Positions 42,083-54,205 of a stretch of DNA of 64,000 nucleotides are shown one piece after another (position 1 is the first letter of the stretch; every line of letters begins with the position of its first letter). The stretch comes from Paraspadella gotoi (taxonomy: Eukaryota; Animalia; Chaetognatha), in the NCBI GenBank assembly GCA_051294375.1, contig CM119265.1, positions 24,471,861-24,535,860 of the forward strand. The letters run 5' to 3'. A model generated the notes under the pieces. That model saw nothing but the letters and a program-made list of their open reading frames with translations, had not been told where the DNA came from and did no database searches. The translations under genes were made by a program, and so were the position numbers.

Positions 42083-44020
42083 ATGCACAGTTACTTTAAA
42101 AGAGTTTCGAGTCTGATCTCGGGATTCGGTTCTTCTTCATCCAGAGACGAGGAATGGAATCTCAACGAAAGCGGAACCGATTCCAGGGAAAATGTCACCG
42201 AGAGGAAAATGGCGGAGGATGGAACGGCGAAAGGGAAAATGGCGGAGGGTGGGATAGCGAAAGGGAAAATGGTAGAGGGTGGAATGGCGAAAGGGAAAAT
42301 GGCAAAAGGGACTGAAGAGACGAAGATGATGACGACGAAAACTAAAAGAGATGTCGAGAGAAATTTCGTGGATAAACGCGACGAAGGGAGCAACGTAAAC
42401 GCCGCCGCCGCCGCCGCCGCCGCCGTCGCCGCCGCCGAGCAGAACGACTCCGAAGACGAGAACGCCGCCGTAAACGCGGCGACGGATACGGCGCCGATGG
42501 CGAGAGGCAACGCTTACGACGAGAGGAACGAGGGCGCCGTCGACGACGAGGCGTCTGGCAATGGAGGATGCTGCGGCGACGACTCTTTGTGTCTCATCCA
42601 TTCGATCATCGTTGTGTTGTTTCTTTTCGTCTTCGCCGTGACGATCGCTCTTTACGTCGGCGTCAGAGAATTTAAAATGGAGATGGAGCGGAGTCCGATG
42701 AAGGGTAAGGGAGTGGAGACGGGGAAGGAGGGAGGGAGGGAGGTGGAAGAAAAGGAGGGAAGGAGGGACTCGGGAATGAAGAGGGGGGGAAAGGGAATTC
42801 CGTTGTTCTATAATTAGGAAGATGGACAAAAGATTTGGTGAATAAAATTTAATGTCATAAAAATAAAGCGAAAAAGATTAGTGGTTTTAATTGTCGATTT
42901 ATGATAAGTGATATTTTTCTCCTAAATGAACTGAAAAAAAAAAACTCTCCGCTGCGTTTAGATAATGTCGAAAAATAATTAACAATGCTATCTTAAAGTG
43001 TTATGTCATTTAGTGGAAGTCAAACGTGAAATATTAAATGAAATAATTTGAATATTACTAACTAACAAAAAAAATGTATATTTTTTTTTGGACCGCCCTG
43101 TAGGAATCGATCCTTTATTTTCTTTATAGGTGCGAGATCGAGAAATGAATTGCTGTTGGCTCTTTGCGAAGACGAAGAAAAACTGGCCATGATTTTTGGA
43201 ATAAGTAAGTTTTCGTGGGTAAGAGCGAAGATTATTATCTTAGTGAAAAGAGACGATGGAATTATCTCATTCACATTCGTCATCTCATTCATCAATATCT
43301 CAGTTGTTCTCTCATTCGCATTCGTTCTCTTATTCATCAATATCTCAGTTGTTATTACATTTGCATTCGTTCTCTTATTTATCAATATCTCAGTTTTTAT
43401 CTCTTTCGCATTCGTTCTCTTATTCATCAATATCTCAGTTGTTCTCTCATTTACATTCGTTCTCTTATTCATCAATATCTCAGTTGTTTTCTCATTCACA
43501 TTCATTATCTCATTCATCAATATCTCAGTTGTTATCTCATTCGCATTCGTTATCTCATTCATCAATATCTCAGTTGTTCTCTCATTCACATTCGTTATCT
43601 CATTCATAAATATCTCAGTTGTTCTCTCATTCACATTCGTTATCTCATTCATCAATATCTCAGTTGTTATCTCATTCATCAATATCTCAGTTGTTCTCTC
43701 ATTCACATTCGTTATCTCATTCATCAATATCTCAGTTGTTCTGTCATTCGCATTCGTTCTCTTATTCATCAATATCTCAGTCTTTGACAAAAGCGAACAA
43801 TACTTGTTGTTCCGCCAATCTCCAAAAACCTTTTTGTGAAACTTTTTTAATCTTTTTTTAAAAAATATATATATATATTATATATATATAAAAAATATTT
43901 TTCTTATTGATTCGCGTTTCCACATTACTTTTTTTCGCTTTGAGGTTTTGTCAACTGTTACGTGACGGAAAAGGGAGGAAATTCACCGTCGAACGGAGGA
44001 GGTGGCGCGGCTGGCGGCGC

Positions 44021-44058
<38 letters not shown>

Positions 44059-44585
44059 AGGCGGCGGCGCGGCGGCGGCGGCGGCAAAGATCATCCGCTT
44101 GATTTGAAAAAGTGGGCGGAAAAAGTGAAAAAATTAATTGACAAAGGTGAACGGGAAGGGAGTGATTCAGTGAAATATCACAAGGCGACGAGTTTAAATG
44201 CTTTTTTGTTTTCGTTTCAGGTTCGACTAGTTTCACGAAGCTTAACAAAGATTTAGCCGAGCTTATTACCATCTCAGAGCGACAAGGTAAACGAATTGAA
44301 AAAAAAAACAGACCAATGAAATAATATTAGAATAATAATAAAAATGATAATAATAGGTCTTATAGTACAATAAGTAATCGATGGTTAAATGAAATTAATT
44401 ATTTTAAAAATATTCAAATAAATCAAAACATTAACGGTAACCAGATAATCATTTTTGAATCGTTGTTATGTTTTTTTTTAACAGAGATGAAAACGCAGCG
44501 CATTCTGACGACGAGAACGAAAGTCGTTGATGTGTCGACGAAAATTAAGACGGAAGAGGTGGCCGTCGATAGGCGATATACTGGT

Positions 44586-44677
<92 letters not shown>

Positions 44678-47600
44678 CATCTCTCTATCAGATTGAACTT
44701 TATGGTAGTATTAAGTAAAAATAGATTAAAATAGAAAAGAATAGAATAGATTAGATGGAACAGAATAGAATTAATGGAATAGAAAAGAATGGGACTGAAT
44801 AGAATAAAACAGAATAAAATGGAATAGAATAAAGAAGAATAGAATCCACACTACCCTAATGAATTAGAACTACTCGATTCAAATCTTCCTCGCTCCCCCC
44901 CCCCTCCACCCCATTTCTTCAGCTTCCTTCCTCGCCGACAAATTCGATCTCGCGCCCGGAGAATTCACGATTCATCAGGTGCAGACGCATCCGCCACCTC
45001 AAAGGACGCCCGTCGTCGCGGCGGATGCAGTGACAGATGTCGCCAACGCGAATGATAGAGAAGCCTTCGCTTCAGCATCCAACGCCGAGAGAGAATCGAA
45101 AGATGCTCCAGATGACATCAGGGAAGATGCTGAGAATGCCGAAAATGACGAAGCGGTCCAAACGGATATTTCGGATAGAGGGGATTTTGCCGAAAGCGTA
45201 GATAATGATGCCGCAGATCCAGAAAGGAACGTATCGCCGAATTCACAGTCAAAAATTGTTCAAGATTCCCAATCGGTTTTACCGAAGAGAGAATCGCGTC
45301 TCTCGATGGAATCTGATTCAAGTTTGATGGAAGAACTTGTGTCTCATCTACTGAGCAAAGAGTCGGAAGGATTGAGCGAATCCGTCGTGAGTTCGATGAG
45401 CGAACTTGTGAGTTCTTCGGTGAAATCCGTCCTGCGTTCGGCCGGTGAGGGATCACAGTCTTCGTCCGAATCGGAACGAAATTCACAAGATTCAATCCAT
45501 TCAGAATTAAGTTCACCGAAGAGAGCATCGCGGTCTTTCACGGAACCAGAGTTGAGAACGATGATGGAATTCTTATCACGTTTACGTAGCGAAAAAGAAT
45601 CCAAGGTTTCGAGCGAATCGCTCAAAGATTCACTGAAGGAATTGGTGAAGACGTCCGTGAAATATCTTTCGCGTTTAGCCGGTGAAGATTCGAGGGCTTC
45701 TCGCGATTCAGTTCGAAATTCAGTTCGTCGGAGAAAGAGCAAACGAGTCGATGATGACGAGTCGACGCCGACGACGACGACGACGACGACGAAGACGCCC
45801 AAACCCTCCAACTTGATGCTAATTCGACGCCGGTTATCCTACAAAAAGGCCAAAGGGCTCTGCAAGAAAGGTAAGTGGCAGATGATTAAAAATTGAGTAG
45901 ATTAGCGACAGATTCGCAAAAAGGCGGAAAAGCTCATGTGCGTCCCTTACCATACCAAGACCATTTTTGTTTCCCGACCTTTCTTCCTTCATTCCTTCTT
46001 CCCTTACTTTCTCCATCACTCACCCTCGCGTCCAACCCTTCTTGCCCACTGCCCACTGCCCACTGCCCCGCCTCCTCCAGCCGGCGGCGATCCCGACCTC
46101 GCCGGCGCAACGGTCGACGACGCCGTTGACCGCCTTTTCCCGCTGCTGTCGACATGCGCTCTGGGATCCCGACCGCCGACGATGATTGGCTGGAAGAAGC
46201 AGGAGCTCCACTCGATCAGAAGCGGGAATCAAGTTTGGATGAACGTGGAGTGCTTCGAACAGGAGGGCTTGAAGGAGGGTGAGTTTGGGGGATCGATTGT
46301 TGGGTGGGGGGGTGGGTGTTTGGAAGTGGAGTGGGTGAACTTGGGAGTGGATTGAGGAAATTATCGTTTGGGTCTTTACGAACGGAGACTTTGTGGATGA
46401 ATGTTAAGTAAATGTTTAATAAATGTGGCAAATTTAGGGGAAAGTTAGCGACGCCACCGTAATTAGAGTAAATTAACTGAGGAAAAAAGCGAGTGTTTAA
46501 TCGATTTTTTTTTTAGCAAAGTTAGTTTTTTTTGTTTTTTTTTTTCTTTTATAAACTCGACTTTGAATTTGATCCAGGAATGAACAACGCCTTTTTGTTC
46601 GGCGCCGGAACGAATCCTACCCTTTACGGCAACGGAAGCAGCGATGAACTTTCTCGCGATTACCGCTTGGACTTTAGAAGGTGAGTTACGCACTGTATCT
46701 TTTAACCATTAGACAGCAATGATATTCACATATTGAAGTCTTTAATGAGAAGTAGAATTGATCCTTTTTCTGTTGACAAGTTCCAATTATTTTTGAGACG
46801 GATTATAATTAGTTTTTTTTTTTTTTTTTGACAATATACATGATAAAATCAAATAAAATGTTTTGCCAATTTTTTAGACATATTTTTCTAGGATAAAAGG
46901 ATAAAAGGATAAAAGGATAAAAGGATAAAAGGATAAAATATTAATAAAAACTTTTTTCTCTCTTAATGCTTTATAACTAATGATGACATAGAAAGATCAA
47001 ATTATCTAAGATGTTTTGTGCTTTTCGAACTTCAAAAAATAACCAATACGCAATAATATATTTATTTATTTTCAACTATTAGAGAGTCTATTTAAATTTT
47101 TTGGTTTAAACTTTGTAGATAAAGGTCATTCTGAGTTTTCGTTTTCCACAAACGGCAAACAATGATCTTATTGTTTTTTAGTTATTTTTTAATTTATATT
47201 CAGCAAGTTATTTTTTTACTCTTGATTTTTTCTTTCTTAATTTCTTTTCTTCTTTTAGTTCTCTTTTTTTATTCATTCTTTCTATTTTTCGAGTTTTTTT
47301 TTTTCTAGTTGTTCTATTATTTTATTTTGAATATTTATATTGTTTTATATTTTATGTTATACGTTTTATATTTATATTTAATTATCCCTTTCTTCCTTCC
47401 TCTCTTTTTCTTCTTCTCGACCAATCACAGCCCGCGAGTCTTCGACTCTCCGGCCAATCACAGCTCGGCCTCCGCCTCGACCCCGCAAGTGCCGCTCCTC
47501 GGCGACGAGCTCCCTCTCTCGGCGTCGACCTCCGGCGGCGCCAGCGTGGTCGACGTCCTCGCGAACGAAGACGGAAACGTCAGCGTCTCGGATCGAGTGG

Positions 47601-47816
47601 TGGGCGTGGTCGTCGACGGCGCGGTCAAGTCTCTCGTCAACGCGAGGGTCGTTGGATCGAAATCGGAGTTGATCGAAGGGCGATGGAGGGGAGTCGGATT
47701 CTACGCTGAGAGGTGAGACAAGGGGGTGTAGAGGGGGTGATAGGGTCTGATGGGGTGTTAAAGAGGGGCCGAGGGGTGGAACGGCCTTTTGCAGTGGATT
47801 AAAATCGGTCATGAAG

Positions 47817-47852
<36 letters not shown>

Positions 47853-48009
47853 TTGTTGTTGTTGTTGTATAGGAGTGGGACTCAGGTTATGAATTATATA
47901 TTATTTGTTACTTATATCTTCAGTGATAGTGCTCGCGCTGCCTTTCTAGTTTACCTGAGATTTATTGCAATAGCTAAATAACTAAATACAAATATAAACA
48001 TAATTTATC

Positions 48010-48083
<74 letters not shown>

Positions 48084-48235
48084 CTTTTTTAAAATATTTG
48101 CTTTCGATTTTCAATTTCAGCGACGGAGAGAAAACCGGCGCCGGATTTTGGTTGGCATGGCCTACCGGCGCCGAGCGGATGTCGTTTTGCGGCGTCGATG
48201 ATATTATTGGCGCTCTCTTGAAATCCAACGACTGA
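42083..48235 (+). CDS. 835-aa type II single-pass membrane protein with Ser/acidic stalk and degenerate C-type-lectin-like C-terminal region (9 exons)
   Basis: Exons 42083-42704, 43130-43204, 44221-44286, 44485-44583, 44923-45870, 46081-46278, 46578-46680, 47431-47712 and 48121-48235. All introns are GT-AG, with phases 1,1,1,1,1,1,2,2, and the exons join into one 2508-nt ORF. The TM segment is LCLIHSIIVVLFLFVFAVTIALYVGV, with no signal peptide. The motif LMLIRRRLSYKKAKGLCKKAGGDPDLAGATV...QVWMNVEC...RMSFC resembles the CTLD alpha1/Cys/LA, WIG-like and final FxC elements; this domain call is an inference. Confidence 0.8.
43260..43781. repeat. 45-bp minisatellite (~11-12 copies) in intron 2 of the 42083-48235 gene
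   Basis: The unit atcaatatctcagttgttctctcattcacattcgttatctcattc explains the 15-aa periodic ORFs seen in several frames. Confidence 0.92.
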
Positions 48236-48705
48236 AGATTTAAAAACGCAGAGAGAAAAAATAAAGTTTAATATTAGTATAAACTGATAGGCAAGAAATA
48301 AAAAGAAATTTGATTTTGACATTTTTTTTTTTTCATTAATTTTCGAGAGATGAAAAAAATAATAATTTATTTTTTCCATCGATGGAGATTTTTTTTTATT
48401 TATTGTCATGAGTTCGAGAGAATGGATACGATCGACTAATTTTAAACGTAAATTATACAATATACAATACAATTATACATTATACTATAATGCAACTCGA
48501 CTGGTGAGAGTTTGAAGTAAATTTCGTAAATTTATCTTTTCGCCAAATTAGATTCAGTTGGAAAGAAAGAATGAAACACGTTGGCTTCACTAGTTTCACA
48601 AATGGACAATGCGATAAGCTAAGAGAATTTGTCACCATGACATGAGATTCGAAGTAAAAATTAACTTAAAAAGCGATCGAGATTTTCAATTTTTTGTAAA
48701 CGAAA

Positions 48706-49149
48706 TTATACCAGAAATGGTTTAGAATTAGAAAAGTAGAAGATGGAAAAAGGAACGACGACGACCAAGATGAGAACGATACAAAAATAGAAGGCGAGAA
48801 ATTGTCGATCCTTCCTCGATAATTTGGCCAATCCCGATACGACCGGGACATTTCGGAAGACCTGGGATCAAATTGAGGGATTTAAAATTAATCGATTGTT
48901 GTCTTGTGAGATTGTGTGACTGCCTTTCTTGTGTGACTCGCTTTCACCGAACTACAGCGAAGCCTCGAGTCGTCGACGTCGTCGTGATTGATTGATTGAT
49001 TGATTGATCTGCTCGTGTGATTATTTTTTTTTTCATTTACCATGACCGAATAGGGATCTTCGAAGCAACTTTTGGCACGAGGAGTTTCACTGTTTAGATA
49101 GAAAAAATAATCAAATATATATATTTATATAATTAAATTAATAAAAAAA

Positions 49150-49240
<91 letters not shown>

Positions 49241-49266
49241 TAAATAAATAAATAAATAAATAAAGA

Positions 49267-49361
<95 letters not shown>

Positions 49362-50563
49362 ACGAACGAACGAACGAACGAACGAACGAACGAACGAACG
49401 AACGAACGAACGAACGAACGAACGAACGATTAACCTACCAAATAATCAATCTATAATCAATAATTAATCCATCAATTAATTAATCAACCCATCAAAAAAT
49501 CAAATAAATCATTCACTTTCTTCCTTTCAAGCGGGAGTTGTGAGGGTAAATTGCAACATCGACCTGACCCTTACTTACCATTTCGCTTCGACGAAAGAAT
49601 CGGGTTGTCGCACCTCGATGGAGAAGAGGCCTTCCTTTCGTGACAAAGGAAAAACGGGGAATCTAGATTTGATGATAATTGAGGACAAAATTTTGTTAAT
49701 AAATGAAAATTAAGTCGAAATAGAGGGGAAAAAATCCAAAAACAGAAATAAATAAATAAATAAATAAACGAATTAAGGAAAGAAGGAAAGAAAGAAGGAA
49801 AGAAAGAAAGAAGGACTTTCATCACGAATTTATTGTACGACACAAATTTCGCCATTCGTTTACTTTTACAGGAATAAACTTATATGCACGATTTATTCGT
49901 CATTTACATCACTTTTGAGATTTAGACAACCTTGCTCCATGTTAAAGCCATGTTAAAGCCATGTTAAAGCCAGTTCATCCGACGCCTCGAACGCGCGACT
50001 CCTCGCAGGCCTCGCAAAGTCTCACCTCTCCGCGGCGAGTTGCGGTCGTCCAATCTCGACGACGCCGAACGGACTCTTTTTTCCCGTCAACTCAAAAATC
50101 AAATCTCCGCACGGATGTTCTTTTGTTTCCATGGGAACGACGACGCCGCCATCTTGGGACGGAGACGACGGTGGCGGCATCAACGCTAGTGGCGGTGGCA
50201 GTTGCTGGACAGTTGGCGACCAGTGAAACGTCGCCTGTGACGAAATGTGAAATGTTTTTTTCTGGTTTATCATGTTGTTTGTTCTTGTTAATTTAATATT
50301 GGAAATCAGTTTAAAGTCAAAATTCTTATTGAATCTTATAACTATAGATTCAAGATTCGCTGAACGAGTCATAGTGGAAAACTTTGATGTGGGTGTTTGC
50401 ACATGTTAAATGACATGAGAACGTAGTTCGAGAGACACAAAAACACTGACTGACTGCCAGCAATGTGAAACAAGAGCAGGATTAACTTACCAAAGATTAA
50501 ACTCACCTCCTCGTATGTTGGAGGAAGATTATTTACGCTGAGAATCAACGGAACGTGGTCCAT
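48706..50563 (-). CDS. 184-aa orphan protein with N-terminal PPxY (LPPTYEEA), Pro-rich region and C-terminal TM helix (tail-anchored-like), 5 exons
   Basis: Exons 50563-50507 (caccATGG start context), 50234-50026, 49662-49579, 49089-49041 and 48861-48706. Introns are GT-AG with phases 0,2,2,0, giving a 555-nt ORF: MDHVPLILSVNNLPPTYEE/ATFHWSPTVQQLPPPLALMPPP...PQLAAER/FPVFPLSRKEGLFSIEVRQPDSFVEAK/CETPRAKSCFEDPYSVM/VFRNVPVVSGLAKLSRKDRQFLAFYFCIVLILVVVVPFSIFYFSNSKPFLV*. Confidence 0.75.
49145..49428. repeat. Compound microsatellite (AAAT)n(AACG)n, intronic
   Basis: Directly visible. Confidence 0.95.
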
Positions 50564-51830
50564 GGTGAAAAGGAAAAACGAGTTCCTTCTCGATATTCGA
50601 ATTTAAAATCGAAAAGAAAAAAACGCTATTTACGATAATAATTTCTTTTTTCGCTTTGACGAACCATTGCTCTTTCCTCGAGTGGGAGGAGAAACCAAAA
50701 AAAAAAAATCAAATCTCAAACGAAAATAAAAGTAAAGAGAAAACCTGTTTCAAACGATTTATGTTATTGAGTTAAACTCTGACGTCGATTTTAATTTGTT
50801 TTTGTCTTCTCCGTTTTTAGTTTACACATACACACATTTAATTTCCTTTCATGCGATCATATTTTCAGGTTATCAAATGACCGCAGAAGTGTGATACGTA
50901 GGCATATTAAGAATCTCATGACTCATACCTTTCTGCCAAGTATTGAGAGAGTTAAATATAAGTATAATTATATAAGTATATAAGTATATAATTATATAAG
51001 TATAATTAATAAACAGACTGCTCGACTGATAGATCGACCGACCGATAAATGAATTATCGAATTGCTCCGCGAGTAATCGAGGCGCAACCCAAAAACTTGT
51101 TTTTATCCGAGCGGAAAAAGAAAAAACGTGATCAGAAATGGAGCGTAGCGTGCTCCGTTGGTTCTTTGGAACTCTTTGTGTTTTTAATTGTCAATGTGAA
51201 AAAAAATATATTTTTAGCTTAGATATAACCAATAAGGCGGAACAAGGTAAAAACTAAGAGTTCTGTAATATAAATAACCTTTAGTATCCTTTAGCGATAA
51301 CGAAACTAAAAAAAACATTAAATGAATGGATAATTTTTATATTGGTTGTAGTTGTACCAATTTCATAGAAGCATTTAAAGATTATCGTATAAATAATTCT
51401 TTTTTTTTTTAATTTAGAATTTTTCATTCTGATATAGCTTGAAAAAATATAAAAAAATATTATGACACCGTTTCCAAATTCTTATGTTTTACTGGTTGAA
51501 ATTAGCAAAAACTAAAAAAAATTATGATGATGATAATTTTGAGGGTTTTCCCATTTTTAACCAACTTATCATCGAAATATTGAAAAAACAATCATAATAG
51601 TGTACACAACTTTTTATGGGCTATCTAAATCCGTTTTCAAAAAAAAATATTTTTTTTTATTTACTCTGCATTGATAAATATTTAAATGCTTCAAAGTTAT
51701 ACTATGCTTCACTAGTTGAAAAAGTGATAGTAAAAATCTATTAAGTATATAAAGAACAAATGAATTTTGTATTACAGAACTTCTATTGATAAAAAGTGAT
51801 ACATTTTGGCCTGCCTTAATAACCAAGCTT

Positions 51831-51889
<59 letters not shown>

Positions 51890-52173
51890 CAGATTTGCCC
51901 TTTTTAACTAGAATACAAAACTAATTTGTTTCAGTTAATTTTTTCTGGTTTAATTTTATTTAATTTTAATGTTTTTTCATATTAAACAAATGATATAAAT
52001 CTTATAGTAAAACGTTTTATTTTCCCTTATATTGCTTACATCGTTCCAGACTTCACTTCGCGTCTTTTATCCCCGCAGATCTGGATTAATCTCGTATTTC
52101 ACTTTTTCACGGTTTCCTTATTCTCCCTTTATCATCATTAATCATTTTTCCTCTGAAAAAGACTTCGCCATAA

Positions 52174-52216
<43 letters not shown>

Positions 52217-54205
52217 CTCCGCTGCCACGAAGATTTGTTGATGGCGTTTTTACCGCAACGCTATGAGTTTAATCAACGTCGAGGAAGATCCCGACAAAAT
52301 ATGTATAAAAATAGAAAAAAAAACCTTTTGTTCATTTGTTTCCTAGATGTCCTTGCTGTACAAGCCTTAGCGGTGGAATAAACAAAATAGCTAGAGAGAA
52401 AATTTTTTTTTCTCAAACGATCAAATTTTTTATATTACGTAATTCATTTATAATTTATGTCTAATAAAGACTTTAATAAAGTGGCTGCTTCATAATTACA
52501 AGCCGATTACAAGCCGACTGGCCGACGAAATTAAAACGATTAAATAGCGAAAATATCTATTCTACCATCCGTTGCAATTTTGTTATTACTATACTAAAAT
52601 ACCGATGAAACAAATATAAATTCCATAATTAGTTCACATATTTCTATTTATTAAGGAAAATACTACAGAGAAAAAAAAAGTGTCGAAACTTAAAAAACTA
52701 ACAGTCGCACCAAGATTTAAAATTCTGGGTAACAAAATTCAATACAACTCTTTTAATTAAACGATCAAGTAATCTTAATTAAATTTAAAATACACATTAC
52801 ACATAATATAAATAGTCTAGAATTTTATCGATAAAAAATAAAACCTCAAAATAGAAAACTAAAAAAAAAGTTTATTTAAACGAGAGTTTTAATAAATTCT
52901 CCAACGAGGGAAAGGGGGGGGGAATTGAAAAGATTAAATGAGAATAATTAAGCGGTTTTTTTGTTGTTTTTTTTTTTGTTTTAATATCTTCCTTCGCCTT
53001 TCGCGGGAAAAAAATATGTTACCAGTTTTTACTATCATTTTCAAAATTGGTATTTTTAACCCGCGATTTTTTTCTGGATGACTTACTTCCCAGGTGCGTC
53101 TTTTACAGGAAGTATAAATTACGCATTACGCAAATGGACAGAGAGGAGGCGCCAAAAGATTACAGAAGCCGTTTGTTTACAAAGCAAAACAGAAAAACAA
53201 ATATGAATGTATTTAAATTTGATAAAGAGAGGAAAAAAAATAGAAACACGCAAAACTCATTATTCATACAACTAAGGGAATTCACAACGTAACAGAAGTT
53301 ACGAATTCAATGGTTACAATACAACGAAATATTATTGAAAAAAAAAACAATATCGGGCATCTAATGTTCAAAACCGTTTAGATATGGAGAAAGTACACAG
53401 CAAAACCTGTATGCGGCAATACGAAACTATGCGCCAGGTCGTGTCTGCGATACTAAAATAATGCAGCAGAGTTTGAGAAGCGAGCCGCTCTTCACGGTTG
53501 ACACCATATAATTATTTAATTATAATTAATCATGATAACACTTAATAGACATTGGGACGAGTCAATCGTTCTTCGCCCGAGTGATCAATATATTTATTAA
53601 CAAACAAACAATCGTCAATGATATTTTTAAAAAAGAGGGATAGATATCGATGAAGAGATAAAGAATCTTTCACGTTTTACGAATTTCACTGATACGACGA
53701 ATTTCGTTTGTTTTTTTTTAATTTTTTAAACGAAGCCGAAGTTTTTGTTTTTTTCTGACGAAAGACACGAAACGGTGACGAAAACAAAAAACGAAACAAA
53801 AAAAAAGTCGAAAAAAGGGAATTTTTGGCGAATTTAAGCTGTAAAACAAATGAAGAGGTTTTCCGTGCTCTTGTGTGGACTTGTGTCTGGCCTTAAGCGG
53901 TTTTGTTTATTCGAAAAAAAAAAAGAGAAAAAAAAATTATGAAATACTCAGTTCGTTTGGGAAATGAAATGTATAATTTCGCAAGCTCTACAAAAAGATT
54001 GTTGAGATGTACCCTAAAAACCATTTTCTTTTTTTTTTTTCAATACACGATTCGATTTTTATTCTCCATTTTTTTTTTAAATTTCAACGGGTCAACGGAA
54101 TTCTGCGGAAAAAGAAAAAAGTTTAATGCATTAACTCTTATGCATACTAATCAATTATAAATATATTTCTCAAACGCGATGCTACCTTGTTTTTGTTTTT
54201 TTTCA

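Noticed and set aside
43062-43861. 190-242-aa repetitive ORFs on both strands
   Set aside because: They are products of a 45-bp intronic minisatellite. Only 43130-43204 is a supported exon.
48666-48851. ORF-track frame MSRSYRDWPNY... as the last exon of the PPxY gene
   Set aside because: Including the 49-nt exon 49089-49041 shifts to a frame encoding a clear TM helix, which is more plausible.
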